From: Felis catus
Lineage: Eukaryota
Assembly (NCBI RefSeq): GCF_018350175.1
Contig: NC_058368.1
Location: forward strand, 42,224,001 to 42,288,000
Reading direction: 5' to 3'
DNA length: 64,000 nt
The notes below the pieces were generated by a model that saw nothing but the letters and a program-made list of their open reading frames with translations, had not been told where the DNA came from and did not search any database. Below, in pieces: positions 35,434 to 48,954 of this stretch; the first letter of the stretch is position 1, and each line of letters begins with the position of its first letter. The translations under genes and the position numbers were made by a program.

Positions 35434-38400
35434 GAAATGTACTAGTTGAAAGGCAAGAAAGTCATATATGTCCTTTTGACAATAAAAAGTAGATTTCTGT
35501 TTAAAACAGTACTATATTTTTATAAATGCATAATAGTATTAGAATTAACAGGAAGCAAGATTCAAAGAAATGTAAATCTGAGTATCACTGGATTACTTTC
35601 TCTCCTGGCAGTTTTTGCTTTGCAGGTAAACCTCTGCAATGCTCCTAAAGTGGTTTTAAGTTTAAGGAGAATCCCAAATCAGAAGTGGTCAAAGAACTAG
35701 AGAATAGGAACTTAGAAGCCATGGAGTCATCAGCTCAGTTAACAGGTTTTTAGGGGTTTTCTCTGGGAAAATGTATCTGCATTCTGCCCATCCTAGGCTT
35801 CAGATATTTGTGAAAGCATTTAGATAATTTTTACTCCAGTTTCTTCCTCTAGGCATCATGCAGTTAGTTTTATGTTTAAACCAACACCTTATTCAGGAAA
35901 ATAACACCTTCATTGGAATGCACCTACCAAGTAAACAATGTTTGATGTTCATAGAGGAAAAAAAGATTATTCTTCAACTCCTTAGAACCTACATTTTTCT
36001 TTGTTCTAGTGGGTGGCTCTTGTGGATTTAAATATACCTTACCTGGAACTGTATTCTCCTAAGCTCAGTGGAAACAGGGAACACTTCCTTATTTCACTGA
36101 CTCCCACAAGCCCTTTCACCTAAATGGATAGTTAATGTTTAGCTTGCTGATCACAGACAAACTTTTAATCCAATAATCCTTTTTACTTCCTTAGCATTTG
36201 ACACAAGTCTTCAATCCAAGGGAGTTTTAAATACCTTCAGAAATAGCTTCACAGATAATGACAGATACAAAAATGAAGACTGTATCATAAAGGAGAACAC
36301 AGAAGACGCAGAGATGAATAAAAGGGAGATTAATAAGGGCAATGAAACTCACAAAGGGGCTAAATGTAAGAGCAGGGTTTCTGATTTAAACAGAAAAGAA
36401 GCCAAATAAAAAGAGAACCTTTTTCACATATGGACCCTGAAAGCCTATTTTCATCTCTGTGGAGTGTGATGTTGGGTACGAGGCTGGAGAGGCAAAATAA
36501 ACAACTAGGTTTTAGTATCCGTGATCCTGAAAGTGAAGTGAGGAATAGTTGGCATGTTACACATTTTACAACTGAAAACAAAATAAATAATGTATAAAAA
36601 AGAAAATCTATTTGTAAACAAAGAAATTTACAGAGAAGGAGAATCATTGGGAATTTGAGATTAAGAAGAAATCTTGGTGGTTTTAAAGTATAATAAACCA
36701 GAGAGCAGAAAGTGAAGAACAAAGTAGAGGACAAGTAAGAACACCAGAATAGCTTCAGTGTTTTTCTACTTTCTCTTCTAATGAATGTCCGCTTCCAAAT
36801 TGGACAGGAGCATCATATATTTAGAAGACAATTAAACCATGGAATACATGTATAAGTGTGAATAACCTAAGACTCTGGTATACTGTCATTCAGTGTAGTA
36901 AGGAGGCAGCATCACTATAGAAACAGTAAAGCTGTTGTTTGCGAAAAGCTATGCCTCTCCCATGGAGAAGAGAGTCACTTTAGAAAACAGACACTTAGCA
37001 GATTTGCTGTGAGCTAATTTTAAAAGAGTAGAGAACAGTGACTTCTCAAGTCAAATGAAGAAATACCTAATGCACAATTAATAATTATGTTTCTCCTATT
37101 TTGAATTTTATCATGTGAATAGTAGGAATTTCCACTATCAAAACCACTAGTGGAGGCATTCTCTAGAGTCGTGGAAAAGCAAACAAGTACAAATCTTAAG
37201 CTAATTTTACAGCTGGCTACAAATTGCTTTGGCAACAGTCATAGGCCAGCCTTTACTCTAAAATGCATTCTTATATGGAAAAGAGATGGCTAAAAATGAG
37301 GGAGCCCAACATGGTTAGTCCCAGTGATTGGCTATCAATTATCATTCTTTTTTTCCCCCCTTGGGAGATATACACAGACACATAACCTTATAGATGGCAT
37401 GGTAGCTTTGTAAAATAAACTAATGTACTTACCTATATCAAAAGGCAATTTAGGATTAACTGTGTGTAAATAACGTGAATTTGTAAGAAGCCCATTTTCC
37501 CACCTTGCTCAAATACCCTCAACTAAAATGTATCTTTGACAAAAGACAGCTCCACTCATTTTACCTAAACCTAGAGATAGGAAAGAAACATGAAAGGAAA
37601 TCTCAAAAATGCATTTGTGAGACAACACATCAAGCATCTAATTGAATAAAAGATTATTCAAATTAGATTTACAATAGGTTGCACAATTACGAGTACTGTA
37701 AAATTAAAAGGCAGAATAGGAAATGAAATAAGACATCCTTTAAAACTTACTAACACATTTAGATAATTTAAGTGGCTTGGCTTGAAGACAATTTTTTTTT
37801 AATGTAGTTTAGTACAAATGAATGCAAACAAATCCTGAAGCCAAAGGACAAATCCAAAAAATGCTTCAGGATACAGGATGAAAAAGGAGATGTTATTATT
37901 TAAGGAAAAAATAGCTACAAAGCACTCAGCTCGATGCACAGTGGCAGTGAATAGAACAAACAAGAGATTGGCTATATTGTGCCGTTGATGTACTAAAGAG
38001 TAAATCAAACTAAGTAGAATAATGATAAAACACTGGTTGGATTCATAGTACTTACTATATGACTAGTACTTTGTTAGGAAGCCATGGTGAGAGCATTCCT
38101 TTTAATGTCCACGAGACACCAAACACAGCTGCCTAAAAAGCCTCTGGGTACAATCATCCTATGAAGTTCAAACATCAGACATCATCACTTGTGACAGCAA
38201 CAACTCCAAACTAAAGGAAAATTGATGAGGGATGAGACACGTGCCTTTCAAATGGGATGGTCTACTCTCAGTAATGAAAGCTGGCAATCATGAACAGAAA
38301 GACTTTAAAACCTCATCGGTAGCAACAACAACAAAAAAATAGTAGGAAAGTAAATAATTATATTACTGGGCAAGAAAATAATATAAAATTTAAAGCAAAA

Positions 38401-38684
38401 ATATATGTTTATTAAGATAATCGTTCCCTAATTCTATTGTACTTAATATTTCATAGTCCTGGTATAATCTTAATTGTCTGAAGACTATCTGAATATCTGC
38501 CTGTTTTTTTTTTTTTACATTTATATATTTGGTATTTATTTGACATGACATATATAAAGCAGGTAATAGACATTGGGGTCATATATTTGGTTGTTTTCCT
38601 TAATGTATGGTAATAATTCAATATACTAATACAAAGAATTGTTTACTGCTTATAAACTGATGATACTGAGTTTCATATTGTGGC

Positions 38685-38850
38685 AGAAACTAGATTCTGG
38701 AGCACCAAATCAGATTCCAACACTAACCCTGAATGTATGACCTCGGACCAACTGCTAAACCTTTTCACACCTCAGTAGTCTCCTCTAAAAAATGGAAGAC
38801 AGAAATATTTTTGAGTTTTGAATAAAATAATTCATGTAATGTACGTCAGA
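38685..38850 (+). mobile_element. MIR
   Basis: tagattctggag...tgtatgacctcggaccaactgctaaaccttttcacacctcagt...aaaatgg. Confidence 0.65.
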
Positions 38851-39944
38851 CACGTTAAACAAGAATACTTTTCAACTATAGTAGTTAGGTCATCTATGAA
38901 TATCTATTTGCAACTAACTAAACCATTAGAAGTTAACTGTAATTTGCAATTTTGATTTGTGATCAGGAAAGCATTTTACAATGGTAGGAGATATACAGTA
39001 TGTAACTGCAAAGCACATTATTTGAAAATACTTTAAATATTTTATAAAAGAAACAGACATCTAAAAATGGGTTATTGTACAGGCATATAAAAATAATATC
39101 AGTTTTTAACCATTCTAGTCCTAAAACTGTAGGGTTATTTCCAATGCCTTCTCTAAATGCTGAAATTCTAAATATTTTTGAATTCATAACTGCAGAAATA
39201 AGGCAAATGTAGAGAAATCGTTGCATGTGTGAAATATGGGAAAGGAAAGTTTACCAGTGTTAGAACTGGGTAAAGCAGGATAGCTTTGTACATCTATCTA
39301 AGGTGACCTTAAGCAATGCTTTAAAAATACATGGCCTGTTTAATTTAGTTGTTGTTATATTTTATGTATAATCTGTTAAATCTATATGCAGTACAATCCA
39401 CTTTTAAAAAAGCAAATTTACTCTTATCTAAAACATAACTTCCTGCTATATTGCCTAGTGGGCCTAGAAAGCAAAGTCACCAAATTCCAAAACAAGTAGT
39501 TTTCTGTTTCCAGGGAACACTGGTTTCTAAGAAATTATCTTGGTGGCAATATATTTCTAAAACTAACATTTATCTCATGTGCCACAGAGAAACTCTGGTT
39601 AACATTTTTAGAAATCTAAAAGTAATCTACTCTTCTCTAAATTGAAACTCTTGGTTGTCATAATTTGCCTTCTATTTCCTTAGTGTGCTTCCACTCCACA
39701 AACAATATTTATTCATCATGTCAGAATCCTGCCTAATCCTCTTGAATCCCAGGCAAATGAGGCAATGAGACTTGATGGTGCAATTTTGCTCATGTTTTCT
39801 CTTACCACGTGAACTTAGTGCTTCCTCTCTACCTTTCCAAATCTTCCTCATTCATCATCGATGGGCCCTGTTTTCATTTTCTTTACTAAGGACAAGCATC
39901 CTACGTTCCTCTTTCTGTGTTCTCAATTATTGTATTTACATTTT

Positions 39945-40174
39945 TATTACTTTTTTTAAAGTTTTTATTTTTTTAAGTTCTTTACTTATGTATTTTGAGA
40001 GGGACAGAGACGGTGTAAGGGGGGAGGGGCAGAGAGAGGGAGAGAGAGAGAATCCCAACAAGCTCTGTATCGTCCATGAGGAACATGACATGGGGCTGGA
40101 ACCCATGAAGCCTTGAGGTCATGACCTGAGCCGAAACCAAGAGTCAGACACCGAACTGACTGAGCCAGGCTCCC
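39945..40174 (-). mobile_element. CanSINE
   Basis: Perfect TSD tgtatttacatttt (39931-39944 / 40175-40188). Confidence 0.93.
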
Positions 40175-41131
40175 TGTATTTACATTTTAATTCCATATTA
40201 CATAGAATATAATTGCCCTCAAAAAGTGTCATATATGCAGATATGGCTCCCCTCAATCAGAAAAGCACTTGATAAATATTTGTTCAATTTTGTATGCCCT
40301 CAAAACATATCCAAAAATCAGTTACTCGATGGCAATTTGCTCACTGGTTTAAATATAAGGTAATGGCAACTAAACTTTGACCATGACAATAATTAATGGG
40401 AAAGCTGTCCAGTTTGGGGACATCATTTAAAAATGTATAAATCCCATAAAACAAAACTGTCTTCAAAAAGATATCAGAGTGCCTAAGTTCTATCTGCCCA
40501 CACTATCTTAATTAAAGATAAATAATGCTGATCTCATGAAGTTCTCAGTTTCTTCTTTCTTATGATGATGTCACAGTTCACAAATGTACAACTTCACACT
40601 ATCTAGAGATTGACTTTCAAACTCTTTCTCATGACATTCAGTGTCCTTTAGTATCTAGATAACATTAAACTCTTTTTCCTCATTTTTCTCATCTCCCTTT
40701 TCAAAACATGCTGCACACATTTAGTTGAGCCAGGGCACCTCACTATTCCCTGAGCTCAAAACAGAACTTTGGTTCCTGCTGCTCCCTCTGCCCAGAAAGC
40801 CCTTCATGTACATCTCTATTTGCTGTGAGACACTGATCAATGTCACCTTCTTCAAAAGTGTTCACTATCCCAACAGTTGGAAATAATGTTCACTCCTTTG
40901 TAAAACTTGAACACACTCTCAGCTACTTAGAGACTTACACTGTGTTTTACTCATGTTTTTCTTATGCTTACGAAGCCATAGACATACTGCCAGATGTATA
41001 ATCAGTACTAATGTGTGTGTGTGTGTATTTGTTTGTTTGAAAGAATTTGTCCCAGTTTCAAGCATCCAATGAATCTTAAATACCTTCGTTTTCCTTCTTC
41101 TAACAAAATAGGCACATTTTACTTACTGAGT

Positions 41132-41322
41132 CAGCCTTTCCCAAGTTATGTTCCATAAAACATTAGTTACATTAGATGCCTCCTGAAATAATAAAAGTGC
41201 CTTAAGGGAGTAATGAAACATATAGGCTTATTAAAGAGGTTTAAATATTTGCCGTTTTTATGCCATGTTGTTTTGTTTGCTTGCTTTGCCCTATCTCATG
41301 GGACACCGTTTGGGAAGTACTG
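41132..41322. mobile_element. Non-autonomous hAT-Charlie-like MITE
   Basis: Imperfect TIRs cagcctttcccaa ... ttgggaagtactg, plus subterminal ttccata / atgggacac; no TSD preserved. Confidence 0.55.
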
Positions 41323-42116
41323 GTCCGGCCTCTGCAGATGAGCAGCTCTTCCAGTAACATCACTATGTGCCTACGTCTTCATCCTCTCCCCTCTTCCATC
41401 TGATGCCTCCACCGAAGGGCTTTTGCTCCTGATGGCTCACCCACTGAATTTCTAATCACCACTCAGGATAGATCTTAAATATCATACTCTACTGGATCTT
41501 TCACTCGGCCTCTATCAGAATCAAACTGCTTCTTTCTTTGTGTTCTCACAGCACCTACAATGTAGTAGAAATCACATTTATTTTATGCTTGCCTCTCACT
41601 CTTAATTTATGTGAGTGTAATGTCCTGCACTCACCAATCTAAAATGTTGCAATACTGAAAGGATCTTGGGAATTAGGCTGATTTTCTGTGGATGTGTATT
41701 GGGAGAGTGGATTGTGGTGGTTATGCTCAAAGGAGGGGGCGGGAGGAGGGAGGTAAAAGGAAGGACAGCATAAGTAAAGAATCCCAAAGCTAAACTGGTT
41801 TTTGCCTCGTTATAATATTTTTATTAGGTACCATCATAATGACAGCTGACCAGACTACCTATAAAATAAATGCTTTTGTAAACTGATGAGGTTCACAAGG
41901 TCAAATAGAACGTATGCCTTTGAAGAGGAGAAGAAAATAAAGGGTATATGCCACATCAATGTTATTAATAAAAATGGGGTTTTTTTTCCCTCTCTGTTTT
42001 CCCATCTCTCCCACCTCCCGAACATTACTGCCTGAAAGGAAAAAATTCCTTTAGTAGAAGCTTCAAGAATTAAAAAAAAAAAAATGGCACGTTACGTGCT
42101 GTTTTTCTCAAAAACG

Positions 42117-42329
42117 TTTTTTATTTTTTATTTTATATTTGAGAGAGAGAGAGAGAGAGAGAGAGAAGGGGATGGACAGAGAGAGAGGGAGACACAGAAT
42201 CCGAAGCAGGCTCCAGGCACTGAGCTGTGAGCACAGAGCCCAACGACATGGGGCTCAAATTCACAAGCTGTGAGATCATGACCTGAGCTGAAGTCGGACA
42301 CTTAGCTGACTTAGCCACCCAGGCGCCCC
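42117..42329 (-). mobile_element. CanSINE
   Basis: Ends gccacccaggcgcccc; near-TSD tctcaaaaacgttttt / tctcaaaacattttt. Confidence 0.95.
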
Positions 42330-42599
42330 TCTCAAAACATTTTTAAAAACATTTGTAAACTTGAGCTCTATTCCTGCCTGTCTCACTAAGTCTTTAGTGC
42401 CATAATATAATTTCTGGTTTACAAATTCATATCAGCAATAAATTTGATTAAAGTGTATCTCTTCTACCACTTCTTGACCTCTCAGCTAGGATCAAGGGTC
42501 AAAATGAACCCCTCCTGATAGTGCACGCCCTATACCAAGATGTACCCTAAAACTTCCTATCCTCTGCCCCTCACTTTGCTACCTTGTCTAAAGTGCACT

Positions 42600-42920
42600 A
42601 CTCTGTCACAGTTTTCTTTCCCAATTACCTCTCTAACCTTCTGATGACTCTCCAACTATTCTCTGATGCTTGACTCAAATCCCACTTCTTCCATGAGGCA
42701 TTCTTTGATATGTCAGCCTGAATCTATGTCACTGTCCAACTTTCTTCCACCTGGTGTGCCCCATCACAGCATACAGTAACAAGGGTTGCACTATTAACAT
42801 GTACGTAGAATCTGTCCCAAGCTCTAGAAGATTTGGACATAGAAGTTAAGAACTGGCTAAAATATTTATCCCTGAAGTGCCTAGGAAAGTATCTAAGTAT
42901 TGTGGATAAGCAATATACTA
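42600..42920 (+). mobile_element. L2 3' fragment
   Basis: tgactcaaatcccacttcttccatgaggcattct...tttatccctgaagtgcctaggaaagtatct. Confidence 0.5.
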
Positions 42921-44582
42921 ACATATGCATGTTAAACTAAGTATTAAAAAAATGTACTTAATTAACTAGGCTGTGTTGAATTGAACGCCTTCACTCACTT
43001 TTGAGCCATGATGTTATAGAACAATAATCTATGATATCTCAAAGAATTTGCTTTCATTAAGTTCCAAGATGTTTATTTTAGTGGATATCTTTTAAAAAAT
43101 ATGAAGTTCCTGGGCTCAACATTTAATGGAAGATAAACTGGGAGAAGGGGGGGGGGGGTTGGAGTAAAATTCACGATTGTGCTTCTATAGTGCCAAACCA
43201 GCCAATATTCTAATTCACCAGTTGATGTTTCTAAACTCTAAGATGTTTTTAATTTTATCAAGGCCTTTTATTCCCCTAGTCAGTTAGAATACCTAATTTA
43301 TTTTGTTACCTTGAAGGATATAGGAATAAAGTTGAAACAAATTGTAGGAATTGTAATAAGGTAATTTGCTAGAGTCTGCAATAGTAAATGGAGATTTATG
43401 CTGGGTTATGAACACCTGGGTCTCAGAAATAGCTTATATTTCTTTCTCATGGAAGTCTTTTCTTTATCTAAAAACTCATTTCTATTTAAGGATCTCCTGC
43501 TGGACTTTTTCCATTTCTTCCATATGTTCCATGTCTTATCCCTCTTGGTATGGTAAAACATACCATTTTCTTCTCAGTGAAGTCCTCCAGCAGGAAAAGC
43601 TTTAACCACAGACGGATTCCCCTACCACGTTTAAATGTTCAGCATGAACTCAGGTACGATTATCAAACCTGGCCTTCTTACTGAATTTATTTGCCTTTGT
43701 TGGAACATTAAAAGGGGGACTTCTGTGTTTCGTTCTGTAGTTTTTTGAAGGGCAAAGGTGTCACTGAACCCAAACTCTGACTTGTGTTTTTCAGAGCACA
43801 CCTGGGCAATTTCCAAAAGTTTTCCCTCTCTCTGAGTGCGTATCAAAGAGGAGGGGGTAATCGGGTGAGAGGAATGTCCCTTCTCTACCTGCCCTCCAAC
43901 CTTCCACACAAAGCATGAGCCGAACTGAAATTGGAAAGGGACCTGTGACATGTGCCGAGGGCCACATAGGTGTTCCCCAGTGTCCGCAGCTGCGGCTTCC
44001 GCTTGGAGCCTGCTGGGACTTGATTCTAAGTGGCTGTGAAAAGCCACTGAGGGGGTTGTGTCAGCCAGAGGCCACGAAAGCTGCCATCCCCAGCTGAGTG
44101 ATTCTCTGTTCAAACTGGGCACAGGCCCAATTTGAACAGAGAATCTGTTTTCTTCCCTCATTTCAAAGGGCACATTTCTGAATACTTCCTCATGTGCAGG
44201 GGTGAACTAGGAACAATAATATTCATTTATAAGAGAAATAATAGTGTTAATTATTATAACTGAGTGTTAGTAAATACCTAAATAGCATTGTGATGTGGAA
44301 GTGTATGGGGATATGAAGAGCCATGTATTCTAGTCCCTTCTTAGGAAAGTGGACATTTCTCAGAAATTATTTAACATTCTGAAGCCACATTCTTTAAGTC
44401 AGAAAGTGACACTGAGCTCTCTGGATATTCTCCAATTCATGCATCCTGAGATACATATATGTGATACAACTGCTTTCCTTGTTCAATACAGTCTTAAAGT
44501 AATTGAATATTCCCCACTTTCATTTTTTCTTCCATCCTGTTGTGTATGCATGCTCTCTATCTCTCTAACCCACCAACAAATA

Positions 44583-44588
<6 letters not shown>

Positions 44589-44634
<46 letters not shown>
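44589..44634 (+). repeat. (CA)23 microsatellite
   Basis: Direct reading. Confidence 0.98.
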
Positions 44635-44636
<2 letters not shown>

Positions 44637-45145
44637 ATAATTCTGGACAATTGCTTAAATTATTCCAGGCATTCTTCTAGGCAATGCTTTTTTTTTTCTA
44701 GATCTGTAGTTTTGGCACTCCAACACCAAGTTCACATCCTGGACCATGCCTTCCATTAGTGGCTGTCTGGGCAGTCTCCCAATAAAGCTGCGCAGTTTCA
44801 GTATCATTAGTGGGATGATGGTATTTCAGTTCCTCTTCCTTTCATTCCTCTTTAGTTTACTATCGGTGCCACTGAGCTTAATGAACCAAACCTCCTGCTC
44901 ATGCATTAAAAACGGAGATGTGCATTCTGCCATGGGGAAAAAATGCCCCATTCTATTTTCTACAACAGACACTTTTTAGCAAACATAATGTAGAAAAGGA
45001 AGCATGAGAATATTTGTATAAAAGGGAGATGTTAATAAAAACATTTGAAACTTTCAAATAAGGAATGTACTGATTTGTAACTATACGGTGCCCTCATAAA
45101 TGGCATGCCTTCATAACAATATAAAATCATTAAGAGTACTCTTGG

Positions 45146-45379
45146 GGGGTGCCTCGGTGACACAGTCAGTTAAGTGTCCAACTCTTGATTTCAGCTCAGG
45201 TCATGGTCTCATGGTTCATGAGTTCAACCCCTGCATCGGACTGTGTGCTGACAGCGTGGAGCCTGCTTAGGATTCTCTCCCTATCTCTCTCTCTCTCTCT
45301 CTCTCTCCCTCCCTCCCTCCCTCCCTCCCTCCCCTGCTTGCACTCTCTCTCAAAATAAATCAACTTTAAAAAAAAAAAA
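45146..45379 (+). mobile_element. CanSINE with (CT)n(CCCT)n expansion
   Basis: Head ggggtgcctcggtgacacagtcagttaag; near-TSD aagagtactc / aagagtagtc. Confidence 0.93.
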
Positions 45380-47649
45380 GAGTAGTCGGTACCAGCTACT
45401 GCTATACTTTAGAACTGGTAACAGTAATACTAATATGCTAATTACTAACAAGATATCAGAAAAGACCATTAAGTAACAGCTTTGCTGTAAAATATTACCT
45501 AGATCTTGCATTCATATCATTATTTCACATCATCTCTGGTATTTGAAGCATACTAGACACTGACTTAGAAGTAAAAGCACACCTATATTGCTAAAATTAC
45601 TAAAAACCCAAATTGTAAAATCTAAATGTCATTTTCCTACATAATAAGAATATCTAAAATTATATTTTTCCAGAACTAAAAGTCATAACACCACTTTTAA
45701 TAAAGGAGTGATTACATACATAATGTGGGTAATAACCATACATAAGGTTATATAGGTGGTGATCCAAAATTTTGGCCCCATATATTGTGCGATTGAAGTC
45801 ACTCTGATGTATCAAACCACTATGACATGGTCTTACTGAATTCAGCTTGCAAATACCTCTGGCTTTATGTGAAACTAACTCATTTTACTCACTCACATCT
45901 CAATGAGGGGAAGGTGGAAGAGTAGTTACTCAAAATTGTCATTCTCATCAACTACATGTTCACACAACTTAGTTATGCTGCACACGCAGGAAATGGACCC
46001 TTGAATCTCAGAGATGTGATTTTTGAAGAAAGGTGGGCCTTAGAAGAGTGTGGATTTTTGATAGTAGCTCCGGCAAAGGAAATACAAGGCAGAGTTCAGA
46101 AAGAGAGGGTACAGAACAGAAAAGATAAACTGAAACTGTCTTGCAATCTTGCTTCATTCTTTCAGTAAACAAAAATTTATCTGCATTTCCCCACCAAGGA
46201 ATGCATTGCACAGGGTTTATGAATTTTCCCAACATTTTGAACCTCTGAAAAGCAGTCAGGGCTCCTCCTTATGGAAGCTGTGATTTTCCTACAAGAATTT
46301 TCTATAATTGTGCCAAAGAGCTAAAAATAAAAATGACATAAGAAGTTTCGCCACACTGAGAATCACAAGCTCAATTGTAGAACTGAGTCATCATCTTCGC
46401 GTTTCAGGAAGATATATCCAGGTTAGGAAATTCACTGTGCTGATTGCCTTCCCCCTGCCTGTGCTGGCTGAGATATAAAGTCGATGGTATGGTTATCAAT
46501 AACTGCTAGGAACTCTGGCCATAATCGAGTAGATAGCTGTAAAGTACTATCATATTGAGAAAGTAAATGTGGTAAGAACCGTAACAGGCTGAGGTTTATT
46601 GAGAAAGTCCTGATTACCGTGCAGGCTGAGTACCTCTGATCTGGGGCCAAGTTTGCACAAAGCGTTACAGAATTTGTGGAGCCTTATTTAAACCAAACAT
46701 ATATCTAGCTTTCTCCCTTTTATTTCTCTTCATCATGCAGCAGAACATAATTTTTTAGTTCATCGTGAAATTTCTGTCTGTTCCATCTTTCATGTCCTTT
46801 GTCAACACTTCTCAAGGTCAGGAGGGGGGAGTGGGGGAAGCCTCAGAGAGGAAATGCTTGTGTTGAGTGGTTCTGTGATGCATATGCCTAAGGGTGCTGC
46901 TAAATAAGCCTTTTGTATTTTCAGCAAAGTGACTAAAGGGTGGGGACAGAGGCGCTGGTGGATCCCCTTAACCAGCTGTTCCCTGGAGATCCTGGCTCCC
47001 CATGCCCCTGGTTCTTTGTCACCTATTCCCTGGTGAAAACAAGAACTTTGCTCTCCCATTGCTGCTACAGGGAGACTAGACGCTGTGGTTCTGGAATTAA
47101 AATAAAGCATTCAGCATTTTAGGAGTCAACCTACAGAGACTCTCTTTTCTTTTTCGGCCACTAGACTGTTGGAATTCTGAGAAAGAGGCACATGACAAAA
47201 AGCAAAGTTCACTCCTGCTGAGATGCTTTTCACTATAACTATGTACCACAGTGGTGGTGGTAAGAATAGTACAGATGTTTCAATTCCATGAAGGTGGAAT
47301 AGTGACTGTGGTGTAGCATGTGGATATATGTGTATTGATTTTAATCAAATATGCTCCTCTGGGTAACAAAGACTTCTTGCTTAACAATCCAGTAAACAGA
47401 AAGATGAGCCAGCAAACAATTTATCTATAGCATCCAGGGTCTCTGTTTTATATTTCTCGGCAGAGACCTGGTGCATATATCGGGTTTTATGAATTATCAT
47501 GTCACTAATGAAAGATGTTAGATGGTCCATATATGGAAGAGTAAAAGACTCATTTCCTATGGAGTTATAATCTCACTTTTTTCCTTTCTCTGGGGCATCA
47601 TGATTCTACTGCTTTCAGTCTACACCCATGATGATATTTTCCCTAGCTG

Positions 47650-48560
47650 CATTTTTTTTTTTTTTTTGCATACTGTGAAATCATTTGCATACAGTGAGAG
47701 TCACCCATTCAGGAATAAAGTTCTATGAGTTCTGATACACACACAATCATGGAACCTAAGACGCTCTTAATGCTCCCCTTAGCTTGCTTCAACTTGAGAC
47801 AGGCTCCTTCCTTACGCTAAGCCCTTGACCTCCCTTGTCTTAGAACATTTCCTTTAAAACAAAAACAAAAACAAAACTTGTAAATTCTGTCTCTGTGCTC
47901 TCAAGACATAACTTGGTTTCTCAGCTCTTGCCAGTTTCATGACTCAGGAATGTCTTTCTCAAAGACCTAGTGGTTATCCCTTTGAAATGTAATTTTTCAT
48001 CAAGAAAAATGGCCTCCACATCTCCTGGTCTCTGTGGGAAGGGAGGAGCCTAAGTTTGCTAAGTGCCAGTCAGTAAGCACAGCCAGTCTAATCACATTGA
48101 CTAGCTTCCTTCCTAACATGCTCCAATCTTTTCCCACGAGCTCACCCCAATGCTTAAAAGGTTTCCTGCATTTGTTTCAAAAAGGATGAATTCATCTCTC
48201 TCCTAACTATAGTCTTGAATAAGGTCTCCTTTGCCTATTTAACTCCATCAAATGCAATTTTTTTGATATACATACAACTACAATCAAATTATAGAACATC
48301 TTCATCACTCCAAGAACTTCCTCTGAGCCCCTCAAGTCCCAGCTCTTGGTAACCACTGATCTAAGTTCTGTCTCTATAGCTTTACCTTTTCCAACATGTC
48401 ATATAAATTAAATTATACAATATGTAACCTTTTCTGTTTTTTCTTTCACTTAGCATAATATTCATCCATGTTGTAGCATGTATCAGTGGTTTCTTCGCTT
48501 CACTGTTGCATAGTATTACATTGTATACTACCACAATTTGTCTATGTTTTCAATCCATAA
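47650..48560 (-). mobile_element. Old L1 (L1MB/MC-type) 3' end, interrupted by an LTR
   Basis: gttctatgagttctgatac | acaatcaaattatagaacatcttcatcactcc...ggtaaccactgatct...ttcacttagcataat...catccatgttgtagcatgtatcagt. Confidence 0.75.
47747..48268 (+). mobile_element. ERV1 solo LTR, MER67-like
   Basis: gctccccttagcttg...agacaggctccttcc...cttgacctcccttgtcttagaacattt...caggaatgtctttctcaaagacct...ccctttgaaatgtaat...gtcttgaataagg. Confidence 0.75.
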
Positions 48561-48954
48561 TTTGAATTTAAATTTGGTTTTATTTATCAATATTTGCCTT
48601 ATTTAAGATACTAAGTATTGTGTTTTCTAGATACATTCTGAATTAAGATTAGATTCACCCAAAAGGTTCTTGCTTTCCCTTTTTGTGTTGAGTGGAAGTT
48701 TTCCATGGTTTCAAATGGAAAATATCTCATGTAATAACTATGCCAATAAGTGAATAAACAATCTAGCCGCCTCTTTAAAAAACAATATCAAATCTATAAA
48801 ATTTCAGTAAAATGCATATCTACAAAATGCTTAAAATTAAATATCAATATAAAATTTGCTGACATTTTATACTATTCATTTGTTCTAAATAGGTACCATG
48901 TCCTAAATATCCATTCCAGTCAAAATTGAGATAATTCAGACAGAAAGTACATTT

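Noticed and set aside
36360..36734. 124-aa Leu/Phe-rich minus-strand ORF
   Set aside because: Compositional artefact of an A-rich + strand; non-ATG start and no splice or homology support.
46940..46965. CTCF/REST-like ggacagaggcgctggtgg
   Set aside because: Spacing does not fit either consensus.
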